Origin: Trichomonas gallinae
Lineage: Eukaryota
DNA length: 35,599 nt
Direction: 5' to 3'
Assembly (NCBI GenBank): GCA_008369845.1
Contig: MRSU01000492.1
Span: 1 to 35,599 of the forward strand
Below, one piece after another: positions 17,950 to 29,900 of this stretch. The notes beneath the pieces were generated by a model. That model did not search any database. It was not told the origin of the DNA and saw only the letters and a program-made list of their open reading frames with translations. The stretch's first letter is position 1. Each line of letters starts with the position of its first letter. The position numbers and the translations under genes are program-made.

Positions 17950-19510
17950 GCTTTTTTTGGGGCCGCTTTGGACCCATGGGTGCCTAATAAACACCCCACT
18001 GCCGTTTTTTTGTTGAATTTCCCTCTTTTTTTCTTCTTTACACCTATATAATTTGTACACATATATCAACACAGCTTCATGAAAATTTGTGAATTTTCCT
18101 CTCTGAATCTTTAATAACAAATGGAAAAAAAATTTTGATTTCATTTTTTGGCAAATCAAATTTTAATCATTTGATTAATAATCATGTGGCATAAGACAAC
18201 TATCAAACTAATAATTTTGTTTCAATTTTGAAAAAAATATTTTGAGAATTTTATTGATTATATTTGAGCTGTTTTAATATATAAATAAGAAGTAGTTTGA
18301 GCAAATATGACTATGTAAAAATACATTTTGGTTGTTTATGACATTATCGGTGTGTGGACTGAATAAACAGGAAACAGTAGCTGATTTTCTAGATATAAGC
18401 TATATGCAACACAAATATGCTATATATAGGATTAAAATCAAAATTGCACAAATTCATAAGAATTTCAATGAGCAAAAATTTGATAAGTTTACAATATAAT
18501 TTTTGAAAAGCATCTTAAATATTCGTCATTATTGGTTATCGAACTATATGTATTTACTGCTTCAAGGCAGTGCATTTAATTGTATAACTTTTTTTCGATA
18601 GAGTATCACTTTTTTCAGACTTAATTTCAGATGTTCTCCATCATTATTGGAAAATCTGGAAATCAAGCATGCTTATAACAATAACACATTCTATACTAAC
18701 AAAAACTACTTCAGAATGCATCAGTTGTTGAATATATCTTGCTATACAATATTAAATTACACCAAAACTCAAGCAATTATATAATCAAACTCTATTTAAA
18801 AGTCCTTATACAGAATATGATGTATATGTAATTGAACTTCAACAAATTCTATTAATAAAAAGTAAATGAATTCATTCCAATGTTTATGGAACTCGACTTA
18901 TCATTATTTACAATTTCATATCTATTATAAATACGATTTTATGATAGTATGTAATATCAAATCAGTACAAACAATCAATTAAATTCAATTTATATTCCAT
19001 TCAAAAATTATTATCAAGAAATGAAATTTAGAACAATGCAAATCACTTAAAATCGAAATAATCAAATACTAAGCAAATTGTAACAATTCGCATGAAAATT
19101 ATTATCACAATTTTATTTCCATTGTTATATCAATTTAAATTGTCAAAATTTCTTATATTACGATAAGATAAGAGAAATTATTTGCTAGGCAGGAACAAAA
19201 TTCATGATTTCGATTTGCTCACTTTGATTTCTTTACACTTCATCACCACAATCATAGCTATGCAATAAATAATGATACACAAATCAAAAAATCATCCGAA
19301 TTAACAAAATAGGGCCGTAATTTTCAAAATCAGGAATTTTCATTTTCAATATAAATCAAAAATTTCTCGATATTTCGCTTTATTATAATATACAGATAGC
19401 GGATTTTTAATTTTTTTAAATTAAAAATCAAAAAACAGGGGTCGGCTTTTTGATATGATTATATTCCCCCTCGAATTTAGATTTTATATATTTGAGATTT
19501 TTGTTGTGAA

Positions 19511-22500
19511 ATGTCTAAATCGCTTCCCGAGTTAATTGGTCCATTAGGGAAGCACGACATATACCAGACATTCCACACATTGCTCTTTTCGATAGAAAAC
19601 AAAAAGAATATTTTGCGATATTTATTTTTTGCAGGACAAATCTTATTCGGCCTACAATTGAACTTCATGTACATATACAATTCGTCCAAGCTACTTTGGT
19701 ACTCGGAAAAAGTCCACGATACTGTTTTGTATATCGTTAATTGCGTTTTTACACTATCTCCTGGCGTTAAAGACGTGACGTATCTGGACTTTCTGACGTA
19801 CTCGTTACTTATTGTATTTGTTGGTTACAGTGTTGCCGTTCTAGTTATTTATTTTGTTGCAACAAATTCGCGGAAAAACAGATTGGGCATTATTATTCCA
19901 TTTGGCGTTGCTATAATGGGCGCGCACATTCTGGTTATACCGTCATCATTCGCCTGCGTTACTTATATTTTTATTGGTAATTTCCGTGAGCATTATATAA
20001 GATTTATTCTCGCATTTTTACTAGCAATAGCAACAAATATATCGATTTACATTGAATATTTCATCCATTACGGCATTCCAAAGAAAGATTCGATTTACAA
20101 CTCAAAAACTTTACTGTTTAGATTCATTTTCTCATTCATTATGTACTTCTTTCCGATGTTCAACTTCTATATCAAAAGCAAAGTAGGCGTAGGCATTTTA
20201 AATGGCGCTTGTTTTATTTTATCTAGCGCTTATATACTGCAGCAGTTCCGTTTGTCATCACCACGCACTATGATGAGTTTCTCTCTTTCAGCGTTTGCGG
20301 GTTCTTTGCTGAATTTACTTACATTATTCGTAACAATGGATGGAGAAACTTATACATCCATTTTCATCATCATGTTCAATATTGGTTTTCTTCTATTCCT
20401 CCTCATATCCTATTTTACGAAAGAGTACATCTTGTTGCCGTTCAGAGAAGTCATACAAACACACGATTACTCAAAATTCGACAAATATTCGAATTTCACG
20501 CTCGAAAACATTATGACAGCTGCTAGTTCGCAGATAGATATACCGAACGATGTCTTGGAATACTTAGAACAAAGAAATCCGCATTCTTTCGTTTTCAATG
20601 AAATTATTTTCCTACAATCAAAGGAATATGGAAATCAAGAGAAAATGAAATCAGCACTGGACATTATGCTGAGCATCCCTACATCAGATGCTATAAGAAA
20701 AATCAGAATTTGCGCATTCGAAAATTTAATTCATCCTGCTTTTCTCAAAGTTCGTGCGAATTTAGCATTAAGTGACTATTCTAACACACTCGGCATGTTT
20801 TGGAACGAAATTGTCAATGATAACACAGATCACTTAATTTCTCTATCAACAGAAGTCACGCAAGCTTATTACACATTGACAACATTATTCAAAGAGTACG
20901 GATCAACAGGTGAGTTGGCAGAAACATATGAACAGTTTTGCAAAATAACGAATTATAATGCAGACACGAAGAACGCTAATTTTGCATATGCCCTTGTATC
21001 ACGTTCAGGCAGCAAAGGCGAGTCATCGTTTGCATATTCACACCTTACGCATCACTTTTTCATTTATATGGCAATTTTGCTGTTTATCTTGAATGTTTTA
21101 TGCGGAATATATCTTACACTCGAAATTAATGGAATATGGAGTGCATCCATCGATTCTTTCAAAATAATTCAGTCATTATCTGCCGGATCTTTTATTTCGA
21201 CATTAATTCAACTGAATTCGACAACAAACTTGACCGATAGTGTTTACGACAATGCTTTATTCAAGACAAAACTCACTAATTTAACAACGGATATGATTTA
21301 TTTCATTGGCCAAATTACAAATTATACAAATTCGCTCAAAACTTATTCATTTGGCCAGAATTTCCACAAAATTGTTGATGCATGGCTATCAAAGAGCTTC
21401 AATGTCACTCGTTTCCCATCAACGATCGAAACTGCCACAGGATTCATTGCATCATGTTATCAATCAGTTATTAATGGCGGAACTCCACAATACGAAGGTT
21501 TGTATGTTAAAGGAACAACAGATTTGATAATTTATTCAGCAGAATTGGATGTAACAGTCACAAGTTTGAGCCATTATGCTTTAGATATAATTGATTTGTC
21601 AAAACTTATTATAAGAATAATCAACTGCTTATTCATTATCTTCGGGTTATGCCTTATGATTGTTTTCACGCATTTGACTTCAATATCTGTTCAAAACTTC
21701 TTCCAGCCGCTTTTCAAGCTCTCTAAGACAGATCTTATCCAGATGGCTAAAGATTTAATCAGCTGGGTGAAAGAAAGCCCTCAAACAGAGAACGAAGATA
21801 ATAATATTAAATACAACAGAGAATTAATTATATCTAAAACACACACAAACACACAATCAAACACGCACATCAAGAACAAGCTCATCTTCAACAGGTTTAT
21901 TTTGTTCCTTGTTTTCGTTGCTATATTATGGCTTCTAACCGAAAGAGTATTGGCATTATTGACAGATGGAGCAAATGATATTGGCGTCTCAGCATATCCA
22001 TTCCTTTTGCCACAGCAACTTCTTAAATTCGGCCAGCTCTTCCTTCTTTCCCTAACAGACGTAGTCAAGAACAATGAAACAGAATCAAATTCTACAACAA
22101 CATCATCATTGAGAAGATTAAACAATCTACAGATTAATTCACAAACATTTGATAAATTAGACGCTTTGTCAAAATTAAGTAGATTGCTTCATTCAGATTT
22201 TAACGATTTATCATATTCGAGAATACTCAATGAGGACACAGCAACTAATAATGATGATATTAATTGGACTGCTACGCAAGAATTAAGAGAGAAGCACATG
22301 AACAATCTTGTGAAAATGATTGAATTTTCGAGAAACATGGTTCAAATGGGTACAGATAGACTTTCAAAATATTCTCCGAGAGTCATGGACATATCATTGT
22401 ACATTACAACACTCAACAGCGACCCATTATCACAGCGTGCACTTTTCTCAGCAGTAGATATAATGGCATTGAACATTTATGATGTCATAAACAAACAATC

Positions 22501-23848
22501 AAATGACACAAATATAGAAGGAATCCTGAATTACACGATATTGATCGCTACAATGTATACACATCTATGCGAAGAAAGCATACAGATGGGATTGTATCAA
22601 GAGAAAGCCGATCTATTGTTCGCGATAACAGTTCAAGCAATTATATCATTAATGGTTTTATTGGTCATCTACACAATCTACAGGACTAGCGGAACACTTT
22701 GGATAACAATGGATTCTCTGACAAAATCTATTATTTCTTCGTTGCCAAAATTCAACAACACGAGCGGCCATTTGACTGATTCCATTTCTTTGTCGACAAG
22801 AGAAGAAGAAATGAAGAAGAGCAGTGCAATTGTCGTCGATATAATGAATTCATATGAATTGAGAGAGTCGCTTTTGGAGCATCATATATTATTGAATTCG
22901 AACGAAGTCGTTGTTTCTTCATCATCACTGATTGAAGACTTCTTGGCGTCCCCGCCTATGATGGGCAGAAAGTTCGACGACTGCATCAACGCGATAGGCA
23001 TTATAATACCTAACGACGGAAATGAAGACAAAAGTCGTGCGGCTGTTAGAACACTTTTCAGGCCGAAGGATGAGAAAAAGCGCGAAGTTGTCATGGAGAT
23101 CTTAAAGTTCAAGTTCGACAACATCGACATGAAAGAAGGCAACATCTCATATGTCTGCGTTGTCACAGACAAAACCAAGGAATACGAGTCAATGCGTCAA
23201 TGGAGAAACGAACTCAACCAACTCAAACTTATCAGCCTCCAGTTCATCCCTAGCGAAATATACGATGGTTTGACTGGTGAAGAGTCATTTTCAACAGTTC
23301 AGATCAACAACGCATATGTTGCTACATTCTTTATTTCCCACATTGAGAGCATCGAACAGATCGCAGCCATTAAAGATATTATCATTAACACATGCAAAGA
23401 GTACAGCCATATATGGGCCGTTTCCAGATCAGTTGTCTGCATACAAATATTCTCAGGACTTCTCGATCAGAACATCAGCATTTTCCGCGCACTTATTACT
23501 TTGCTGCACGTCAGTCTCAAGATCGGCCAATCGATCAGCGACATCGGATGTGAGCCACACTGCGTCATCTCGAAAGTTAAAGCTGCCGGTGCAACTTTCA
23601 GCCTCGACTCTCCTCCAGTATTCGATATGAGAGATGATAATCCATACGAGCTCATCCTCGCAATGGGTTCTCCTGCACACAAAGTTTCAATCTCTCGCGA
23701 CCCTTATGAAATTTTGTACAACACGGGCATAATGACAGAGTTCAGCTTCTACTTCCGCTCAGAAGGCTTCCACAAGGTTTCTTACGACACACTTCACGAC
23801 GTAGAAATTATTGTTGAACGTGAGCAAGCACAACTTGCAATTGTTTAG
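19511..23848 (+). CDS. Multi-pass transmembrane adenylyl-cyclase-like protein with a degenerate class III cyclase domain
   Basis: N-terminal cluster of TM helices, FWNEI motif, further TM pairs, a PAS-like segment ending YVCVVTDKTKE, a coiled coil, FIPSEI, then a cyclase-like fold (IFSGL; SLDSPPVFDM; KVSISRD). Confidence 0.75.
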   Translation: MSKSLPELIGPLGKHDIYQTFHTLLFSIENKKNILRYLFFAGQILFGLQLNFMYIYNSSKLLWYSEKVHDTVLYIVNCVFTLSPGVKDVTYLDFLTYSLLIVFVGYSVAVLVIYFVATNSRKNRLGIIIPFGVAIMGAHILVIPSSFACVTYIFIGNFREHYIRFILAFLLAIATNISIYIEYFIHYGIPKKDSIYNSKTLLFRFIFSFIMYFFPMFNFYIKSKVGVGILNGACFILSSAYILQQFRLSSPRTMMSFSLSAFAGSLLNLLTLFVTMDGETYTSIFIIMFNIGFLLFLLISYFTKEYILLPFREVIQTHDYSKFDKYSNFTLENIMTAASSQIDIPNDVLEYLEQRNPHSFVFNEIIFLQSKEYGNQEKMKSALDIMLSIPTSDAIRKIRICAFENLIHPAFLKVRANLALSDYSNTLGMFWNEIVNDNTDHLISLSTEVTQAYYTLTTLFKEYGSTGELAETYEQFCKITNYNADTKNANFAYALVSRSGSKGESSFAYSHLTHHFFIYMAILLFILNVLCGIYLTLEINGIWSASIDSFKIIQSLSAGSFISTLIQLNSTTNLTDSVYDNALFKTKLTNLTTDMIYFIGQITNYTNSLKTYSFGQNFHKIVDAWLSKSFNVTRFPSTIETATGFIASCYQSVINGGTPQYEGLYVKGTTDLIIYSAELDVTVTSLSHYALDIIDLSKLIIRIINCLFIIFGLCLMIVFTHLTSISVQNFFQPLFKLSKTDLIQMAKDLISWVKESPQTENEDNNIKYNRELIISKTHTNTQSNTHIKNKLIFNRFILFLVFVAILWLLTERVLALLTDGANDIGVSAYPFLLPQQLLKFGQLFLLSLTDVVKNNETESNSTTTSSLRRLNNLQINSQTFDKLDALSKLSRLLHSDFNDLSYSRILNEDTATNNDDINWTATQELREKHMNNLVKMIEFSRNMVQMGTDRLSKYSPRVMDISLYITTLNSDPLSQRALFSAVDIMALNIYDVINKQSNDTNIEGILNYTILIATMYTHLCEESIQMGLYQEKADLLFAITVQAIISLMVLLVIYTIYRTSGTLWITMDSLTKSIISSLPKFNNTSGHLTDSISLSTREEEMKKSSAIVVDIMNSYELRESLLEHHILLNSNEVVVSSSSLIEDFLASPPMMGRKFDDCINAIGIIIPNDGNEDKSRAAVRTLFRPKDEKKREVVMEILKFKFDNIDMKEGNISYVCVVTDKTKEYESMRQWRNELNQLKLISLQFIPSEIYDGLTGEESFSTVQINNAYVATFFISHIESIEQIAAIKDIIINTCKEYSHIWAVSRSVVCIQIFSGLLDQNISIFRALITLLHVSLKIGQSISDIGCEPHCVISKVKAAGATFSLDSPPVFDMRDDNPYELILAMGSPAHKVSISRDPYEILYNTGIMTEFSFYFRSEGFHKVSYDTLHDVEIIVEREQAQLAIV

Positions 23849-24198
23849 TAAAATATATGTTATTTTTTTTTTCCTCCCCAAATAGCTTTAGTTTTGAGTG
23901 AATGTTATCAAAGATTTTTTTTGGATGAGTCAATAACTATAATTATTGATTGTTTATGATTTAATAGAAAAGAAAATTGTACTAATAAAGAAACAACTGA
24001 TAAGTTATTCATTTTCATTCAAATTTGATTTTGATATTCATGGCATTACTTGAGTCGCTCATTACATATTATATTAAAAATCATTAATAAAAAGCAAATA
24101 TCATACGTTTTAATTATAAATAAAATGCTATCATTTTTATTATGTTCTCAAGTTTATAAAAAATTGTTGGTAAAAGTATGATATGAAACACAATTTTT

Positions 24199-24801
24199 TT
24201 ATTCCCATGATTGATTTGATAGTACCCATTTGGCGGCTTTTCTCCATTCAGATAATACTCCAACGTCGACTTTTGCATTTTGGCATGAAGCAACGTAATC
24301 GATAAAATTGGCCATATAAATTACATTATCTAATGGTAGTATTTTTGATGCCTTGCTAAATGATTCGATTGATCTGTTGCGATTATACACTTTAGCACAG
24401 TTAAATGTCTGGCATGGAGAATTTGGTAATCCAAGTTCTGAAATAAATCCACAAGCCCACAACATAAAATGAATTGCTTCCCATTTCCAGCAGTACACGC
24501 CTATTTCTTCATCAGTTGGGGCTTTATTTTCAAGATAAGACTTTTCTGTTTCTGTAAAGTAATCAGCTGCTTTAAATTTAACTATATAGCTGTTAATATA
24601 TTTTTGAGATTCTTCTATAGGACAGTTTCTTTGAATTACTCCATCGCTATATGTTGCCAATAGGTATAATGCAGTCGAACGCTTTGCTATTTCTTCAATT
24701 GATCTGAATTTGTTTGATTCCTCGTTGTAAACATGTGGTAATTCGGCAATTTCTGGAATTTCTAAAGTTTTGCATGCTTGTGAAAGATCAAAATTCGACA
24801 T
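24199..24801 (-). CDS. DUF4272-like protein (bacterial-type)
   Basis: RSIEEIAKRSTAL, FTETEKSYL, WKWEAIHFMLWACGFISELGLP..C, VDVGVLSEWRKAAKWVL..W match my recollection of the DUF4272 pattern. TCACTT initiator upstream; TAAA at the stop. Confidence 0.7.
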   Translation of the reverse strand: MSNFDLSQACKTLEIPEIAELPHVYNEESNKFRSIEEIAKRSTALYLLATYSDGVIQRNCPIEESQKYINSYIVKFKAADYFTETEKSYLENKAPTDEEIGVYCWKWEAIHFMLWACGFISELGLPNSPCQTFNCAKVYNRNRSIESFSKASKILPLDNVIYMANFIDYVASCQNAKVDVGVLSEWRKAAKWVLSNQSWE

Positions 24802-24831
24802 CTACAGAGAAGTGAAGCAAACACTTATAAA

Positions 24832-24866
24832 ATTTTGTCATGTAAATAATCATTTTGTCATGTAAA
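24832..24866. repeat. ATTTTGTCATGTAAA direct repeat, 20-bp period
   Basis: Copies at 24832-24846 and 24852-24866, upstream of the DUF4272-like gene. Confidence 0.85.
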
Positions 24867-25447
24867 ATATTTTTTTGACATACATCAAAATTTCACTAAA
24901 TATCTGTTTGTGATGCTTTATATACATATACTTCCTGCATGATTGCTAATATTACTATTTTTATAAATTTGTATTGGTTGTTTTCATGAATTTAATAACA
25001 AATTGTATTGATGTGTGAATTATGGTCTTTGATTGCATTCACTTCATAAATTTGGTGAGTTTAATATATTCTAGCATCTTTGATGAAATATCAATAATGT
25101 TTTCGTTTAATATTTTATCAAATAGTGTATAACATCAATATAGAAAGAGTTTTAGTTCACAAAGTTATTAATTGAAGTTTTCATATCTATTTCAATGTGA
25201 TTGGGATCCACAGTATTTCGATATTAAATTTGAAAATATTTTTAACTAGAAAGAAGCATATCATTATTTTATATAATTTCTGTAGCTACTAAAAAAAGAC
25301 TTATTTTTTTGATTTTATAAATTGGGAATTGATAATATTTTGATATTTTTAGTTTTAAGTTTAAAATATGAAATAAAATATGATAAAATAGATAATTTTA
25401 AATACAAAAATGAAAAAAGTCGGATTTTCATCATTTAAGGTTATTAG

Positions 25448-25456
25448 TCACTTTTC
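25448..25456 (+). promoter_or_regulatory. Initiator (Inr) TCACTTTT
   Basis: GTCACTTTT about 12-20 bp upstream of ATG 25468, matching the trichomonad Inr consensus TCA+1Y(T/A). Confidence 0.7.
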
Positions 25457-25467
25457 ATAAACATATA

Positions 25468-25779
25468 ATGAGTAATCTTACAGTTCAAAATGTGCCTGAT
25501 GGAATATCAAAGGCCTTCATCATCACACAGGCCGCTTCTCGCTTCGAAAATATTGCTATGAAATTCCAGAAGTTGCAAGAAGAATGCACAGAAGATTCAA
25601 TACAAGATAAAGAGCTTCAAGCACGATTTAAGCAATACAATGATGCTATAGCAGCTGCTGAAAAAGAAATGGAATTTAAACTTAAATTACTCGAAAAACA
25701 GAGGAATTTCGAAATCCAACGAGCGGATGAAGAGTTTGAAGAGTTCTTATATAGTTTAGAAGAAGAAAAACCACAATAA
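25468..25779 (+). CDS. Small coiled-coil hypothetical protein, 103 aa
   Basis: E/K/Q-rich heptads, Inr upstream. Confidence 0.75.
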   Translation: MSNLTVQNVPDGISKAFIITQAASRFENIAMKFQKLQEECTEDSIQDKELQARFKQYNDAIAAAEKEMEFKLKLLEKQRNFEIQRADEEFEEFLYSLEEEKPQ

Positions 25780-25895
25780 TTCATATCATATGACCACATT
25801 TACTGTTCAATATATTATTATTTTTTTTGTAATTCTAATTTTAAATATTTTGATTAATATATACAACGACTTAATATAAACATACAAACATAACT

Positions 25896-26642
25896 TTATT
25901 TAAATGCTTGAATTTGCTTAGTTAAAAATGGGACCTTATCAACTTTCATTTTATGAGTTGCATTTCTAAATCTAATGATTCCTGATATGATTCCAGCAGC
26001 TACTATTAATATAAATATAGAGAGAATGAAATTATCAAGATCATATCCAACAACAGTAAATTCTATGTAGTCTTTCGACCATGACTCGTTGTTAAATGAA
26101 AGAGCAACTTCATATGTTCCAGGAAATCCAAGCTTAATATTGCAATTAAAAGTATAATTTTTCGAAAAGTCTGCTGTGCAGTCGAAAAGCTGATTTTTTA
26201 ATTTCAGGAATCCTTTTGTAAAGTTTGCTCGAGGATCAACTTTGTATGTCACATTTAAAGTAAGAGAAGAATACATTCTTCCGTAATCAGGATTTATTGA
26301 CAGTAATTCCGGCTCTTTAGCAACACAAACATGATCAATACCTTCATCTATGTATCCAGGCTTGCAGCGACACTTTCCTGGATATGCGCAATGTGAATTT
26401 TCAGGGCAATCAAATGTACAACGATAACATCCTGCTAAAACTGTTGGATCACCATATGGATAACCATTTTCGCAGACACAAGCTCCGATATTATTTTTCT
26501 TTGTATGTGGGGCTTTGCATCCTTTGTTTGGCATCGTGAAAAATTCATTACCCCAACGAGTTGGATCCTTACCGTGAATTCCAATAAGCGTTGGGTCTTC
26601 AAATTCTTGCTTTTTTTTCACAAATAAAAGAAACGAAAACAT
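25896..26642 (-). CDS. Type I membrane protein: EGF-like Cys repeats, IPT/TIG-like domain, TM helix, short basic tail
   Basis: Short hydrophobic N-terminus MFSFLLFV; CVCENGY, CPENSHCAYPGKCRCKPGY; PELLSINPDYG...PGTYEVALSFNNESWS; TM FILSIFILIVAAGIISGII. Confidence 0.85.
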   Translation of the reverse strand: MFSFLLFVKKKQEFEDPTLIGIHGKDPTRWGNEFFTMPNKGCKAPHTKKNNIGACVCENGYPYGDPTVLAGCYRCTFDCPENSHCAYPGKCRCKPGYIDEGIDHVCVAKEPELLSINPDYGRMYSSLTLNVTYKVDPRANFTKGFLKLKNQLFDCTADFSKNYTFNCNIKLGFPGTYEVALSFNNESWSKDYIEFTVVGYDLDNFILSIFILIVAAGIISGIIRFRNATHKMKVDKVPFLTKQIQAFK

Positions 26643-26647
26643 TTTTG

Positions 26648-26656
26648 AAAAGTGAC
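26648..26656 (-). promoter_or_regulatory. Initiator (Inr) GTCACTTTT on the minus strand
   Basis: AAAAGTGAC on + reads GTCACTTTT 6-14 bp upstream of ATG 26642. Confidence 0.7.
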
Positions 26657-26915
26657 AAATTATTTCTTGACAAGTAATTATTTACACGTCAAATTTCCCA
26701 ACAATTTCTTTTATCAAAAATAAAATCATTTCTATTTAGATAAGAATCTTATCTATCATTTTATCAACAAATTATTTCAAAATCAATAAGATTAAAATTT
26801 TGATTCATTTTATTACATATTTTTGAACATTTATAGTTAGATATAACGAATTAAATATAAAAATTAAAACATATTTATATTATATATAAAAAAATAAAAA
26901 TTATAACAATTTCTG

Positions 26916-29900
26916 TTACTCAACAGTTGGATCGTCGATAGTTAAGAGCTCATCTTCGAAATCCCTCAATATTTGTGTTAATCTGTCTCTGATTGGAATA
27001 TCATCTTGATTTGGAAGATGAGAAACTTCAAAGAATGCATTAGAGTCCATATATATCTTATGGCCTTCAACACACTTCCTGGCAACATCACCGAAGTGAA
27101 TTGTTGTCATCATGATCGGTGTAGTCTCCAAAGATGAAACCTGCGGAATATTTTGCTGTTTTTGGTAGTTTTCTTTCTTTTCTGGTTCAATACTTGCTTG
27201 ACGTGAGACGAATTTGGATGATTGCGTGATTTGTTCTCTTGAGCTGGAAGGTATGCTTGATTGTCCTTCATCGCGAACAATCATTCTGATGCCACGATTG
27301 CGCTTAAGTGCTAATATTGAAAGTTTGAAGTATTTCATCTTATAGCCTTTAAGCTCGCTTGCTCCAGGAAGCTTCTGCATGAATCTGATTGCGATTGGAT
27401 TCAATAAACCAAACAATTCATGCCCAAGTACATCTGTGGAACCAATTAAGAAACTAGGATCCATCGATTGCCTAATAAGTTTTATGACTTCACTCCAGCT
27501 CTCATCAGGAGAGTTACAAGTGGATGTGATCATAGTATTACTTGACATCGTGACAATGAACAATGGACGATCATCACCTTCTTTGATGAAGCAGTCGAAG
27601 TCTTCATTCTTGTTGTCGACAAGCAGAGAAATTCTCGATGCAAATCCTGAAGTATAGAGGTAATCTTCTGTATAAAATCCTTCTTTTTGAATAATCTTAC
27701 CTAATGAGTGAAGAGTTTGTCCGGCGCCGAGATTTGTCGGTAAATCAAGATCATATGTATCATCGTGCGATGAGTTGCCGGCTTTTGATTCAGCAGTTTT
27801 CGCTATGTTTGTGAAGATGCCTTTGATGTGGTGGCGAATCTGATTCGGATGAGTTTTATTTGCTTCAAACAATTGGCGGACAATGATTGATTTGAAGTAT
27901 GCAGTGTCGACACCCCATGAGCGTAATGAAGTTAACAAAGCCAAATCTTCGCACAAAAGATTGTCTTTGTTTTCAACAAGCATCTTTTGTGCTTTGTTTG
28001 CAAGCGAAGCTCTTTCGATGAAGTGATCGAGGAACTGAACTGTTACAAGAGGAACAGCTATGTGAAGTCTTGGTAAATTGTTGTCGTTGATGCAGAACCA
28101 GAGCTCATCATAAACAGGCTTGAATTTTGTGATTTCTTCTTCTGTCAAAATGTTCTTTAGCTCTTCAATTTTCTCGAATCCAAAGCTTTGAAGTATTCTT
28201 GCAATTTGGAGCTGTTCATCATGAGTAAGAACAAAATTATGCGGAGTGTCAAATAATTTTTCAGGAGCAACTTCGTGGTGCTTTGTAAGATCTGCTGGAT
28301 ACTTCATTGCATTGAATCTTGAAATTAAGCCTTCAACGACTTTCTCGAATCTGCTCAAACAAGCAGCATGAGATGGAGTTTTACCGTTGGACCATTTATA
28401 AACTTTTTCCAGTCCAAGGTCTTCTTTGTGGAGTCCAGTAAACCATATCATTGAAATAAGTGTTCTGTCATCTTGGCTCGTCCATCCTTCCATAGGAAGG
28501 GCAGCACCAATTGGCTGCATGAAAATTCCACTTGGAATTTCAGTCGCTGAAGCAACTAAACAAGAAACACCTAATAACAATTCCATTTTTCCTAGAAGTC
28601 CTGATAATGATCTGTTCGGCTTTGAAGAGAAAGAGCGCGTTAAAGTCGAGAGCATGTTTTCGCGATAACTTTCTGGCCAAGTACTTTCAAAGTCTGCGTA
28701 CAAACCAGCAAGGAGTGGATGCCTTTCGTTATTGAAAATGTGCAGCAATATTTCAACCATGAAATAAGCAGCTTCTTTGATTGCCATTGGTGAAACGATT
28801 GCACCCATGTTTGCTGCCATTTGTGACCATTTGCCCCAGCAAATTCTTCCCAATTCCATCAATAACAAATCAAAATCATTTTCACTCCAAACAAATGATG
28901 TATCTTCTTTCGTCAATTTAGCATTTCTCAAGTCAGGGATTTCGACGAATTTTGATGTCAAAACGTTATTCAAGATTGGTTTGATTCTTCCCTTTGACGT
29001 GAAAACGTAAAGTCTTTTATCGTCTTTGTCATTATTAGCATCATCTGCCAAAGTTTGATCATCATCACTTTCACTGCTTGCTGGAATATCACTTGATTGA
29101 TTTTGCTCAACTTGGCTTTCATCATCATCACTTCCGCTACTTTCATTGTTGACAATTGCGACTTCTATTTCTGATGATTCTGATGTTTCATCTGCTTCTT
29201 CTTCATTCTGCTCATTTTCGTTGATATCGTCATATTCGTACTCGTAATCATCTGATTTTTCTTCTTGTTCAGGAATAACTCTTCTGCGCCTTATTGGCGT
29301 TAAATCGAGTTCGAGTTCTTGCCTGCGCGTTAATCTCATTCTTACTATGTTTCTCTTTACGCAGCCGTTTTCCCAGTGGCTTTCTTTAACACGTTTAACT
29401 CGCATTTTCGTTCTGTTGTAAACAATTCCATCTTTGACTTTTGATTCTTTCTTGACGACCGTCCTAATAATTCCTCTGTCATAGACAGAATCGTCAATTG
29501 TTGAACCAGGCGGCTGTGTTACCAATCTCGTTCTCTTGTATTTCTTGATGATTTCTTCTTTTTCTTTCAGCATTTTTTCCTCTTTCTGTTTTTGCAGTGT
29601 TTTTTCTTCTTGTTTCTGTCTTCTCTTTTCTTTTCTCAATTCAGCCCTTTTCTCTTTTTCTTCTTCTGTCTGTTCAGTTTTCTCTTTCTTCTTCTTCGGC
29701 TTTGATTCACTTTCACCTTCTTCTTTCTTCTTTTTATTCTTTGATTCTTCTTTGTCGCTTTCTTCTCTTTCTACTTTCTTCTTCTTTGGTTTTTCTTCTA
29801 TGTCGCTCTTTGATTTTGATTCATCTTCTGATTTCTTCTTTTTCTCTGATTTAGATATCTTGACTTTGCTTTTGGCTTCTCTTTCTGCCTTTTCTTTTAA

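Noticed and set aside
18300..19300. Long intergenic stretch with patches resembling a decayed coding sequence
   Set aside because: No ORF of 60 aa or more and no recognisable motif; a tBLASTx search would be needed.
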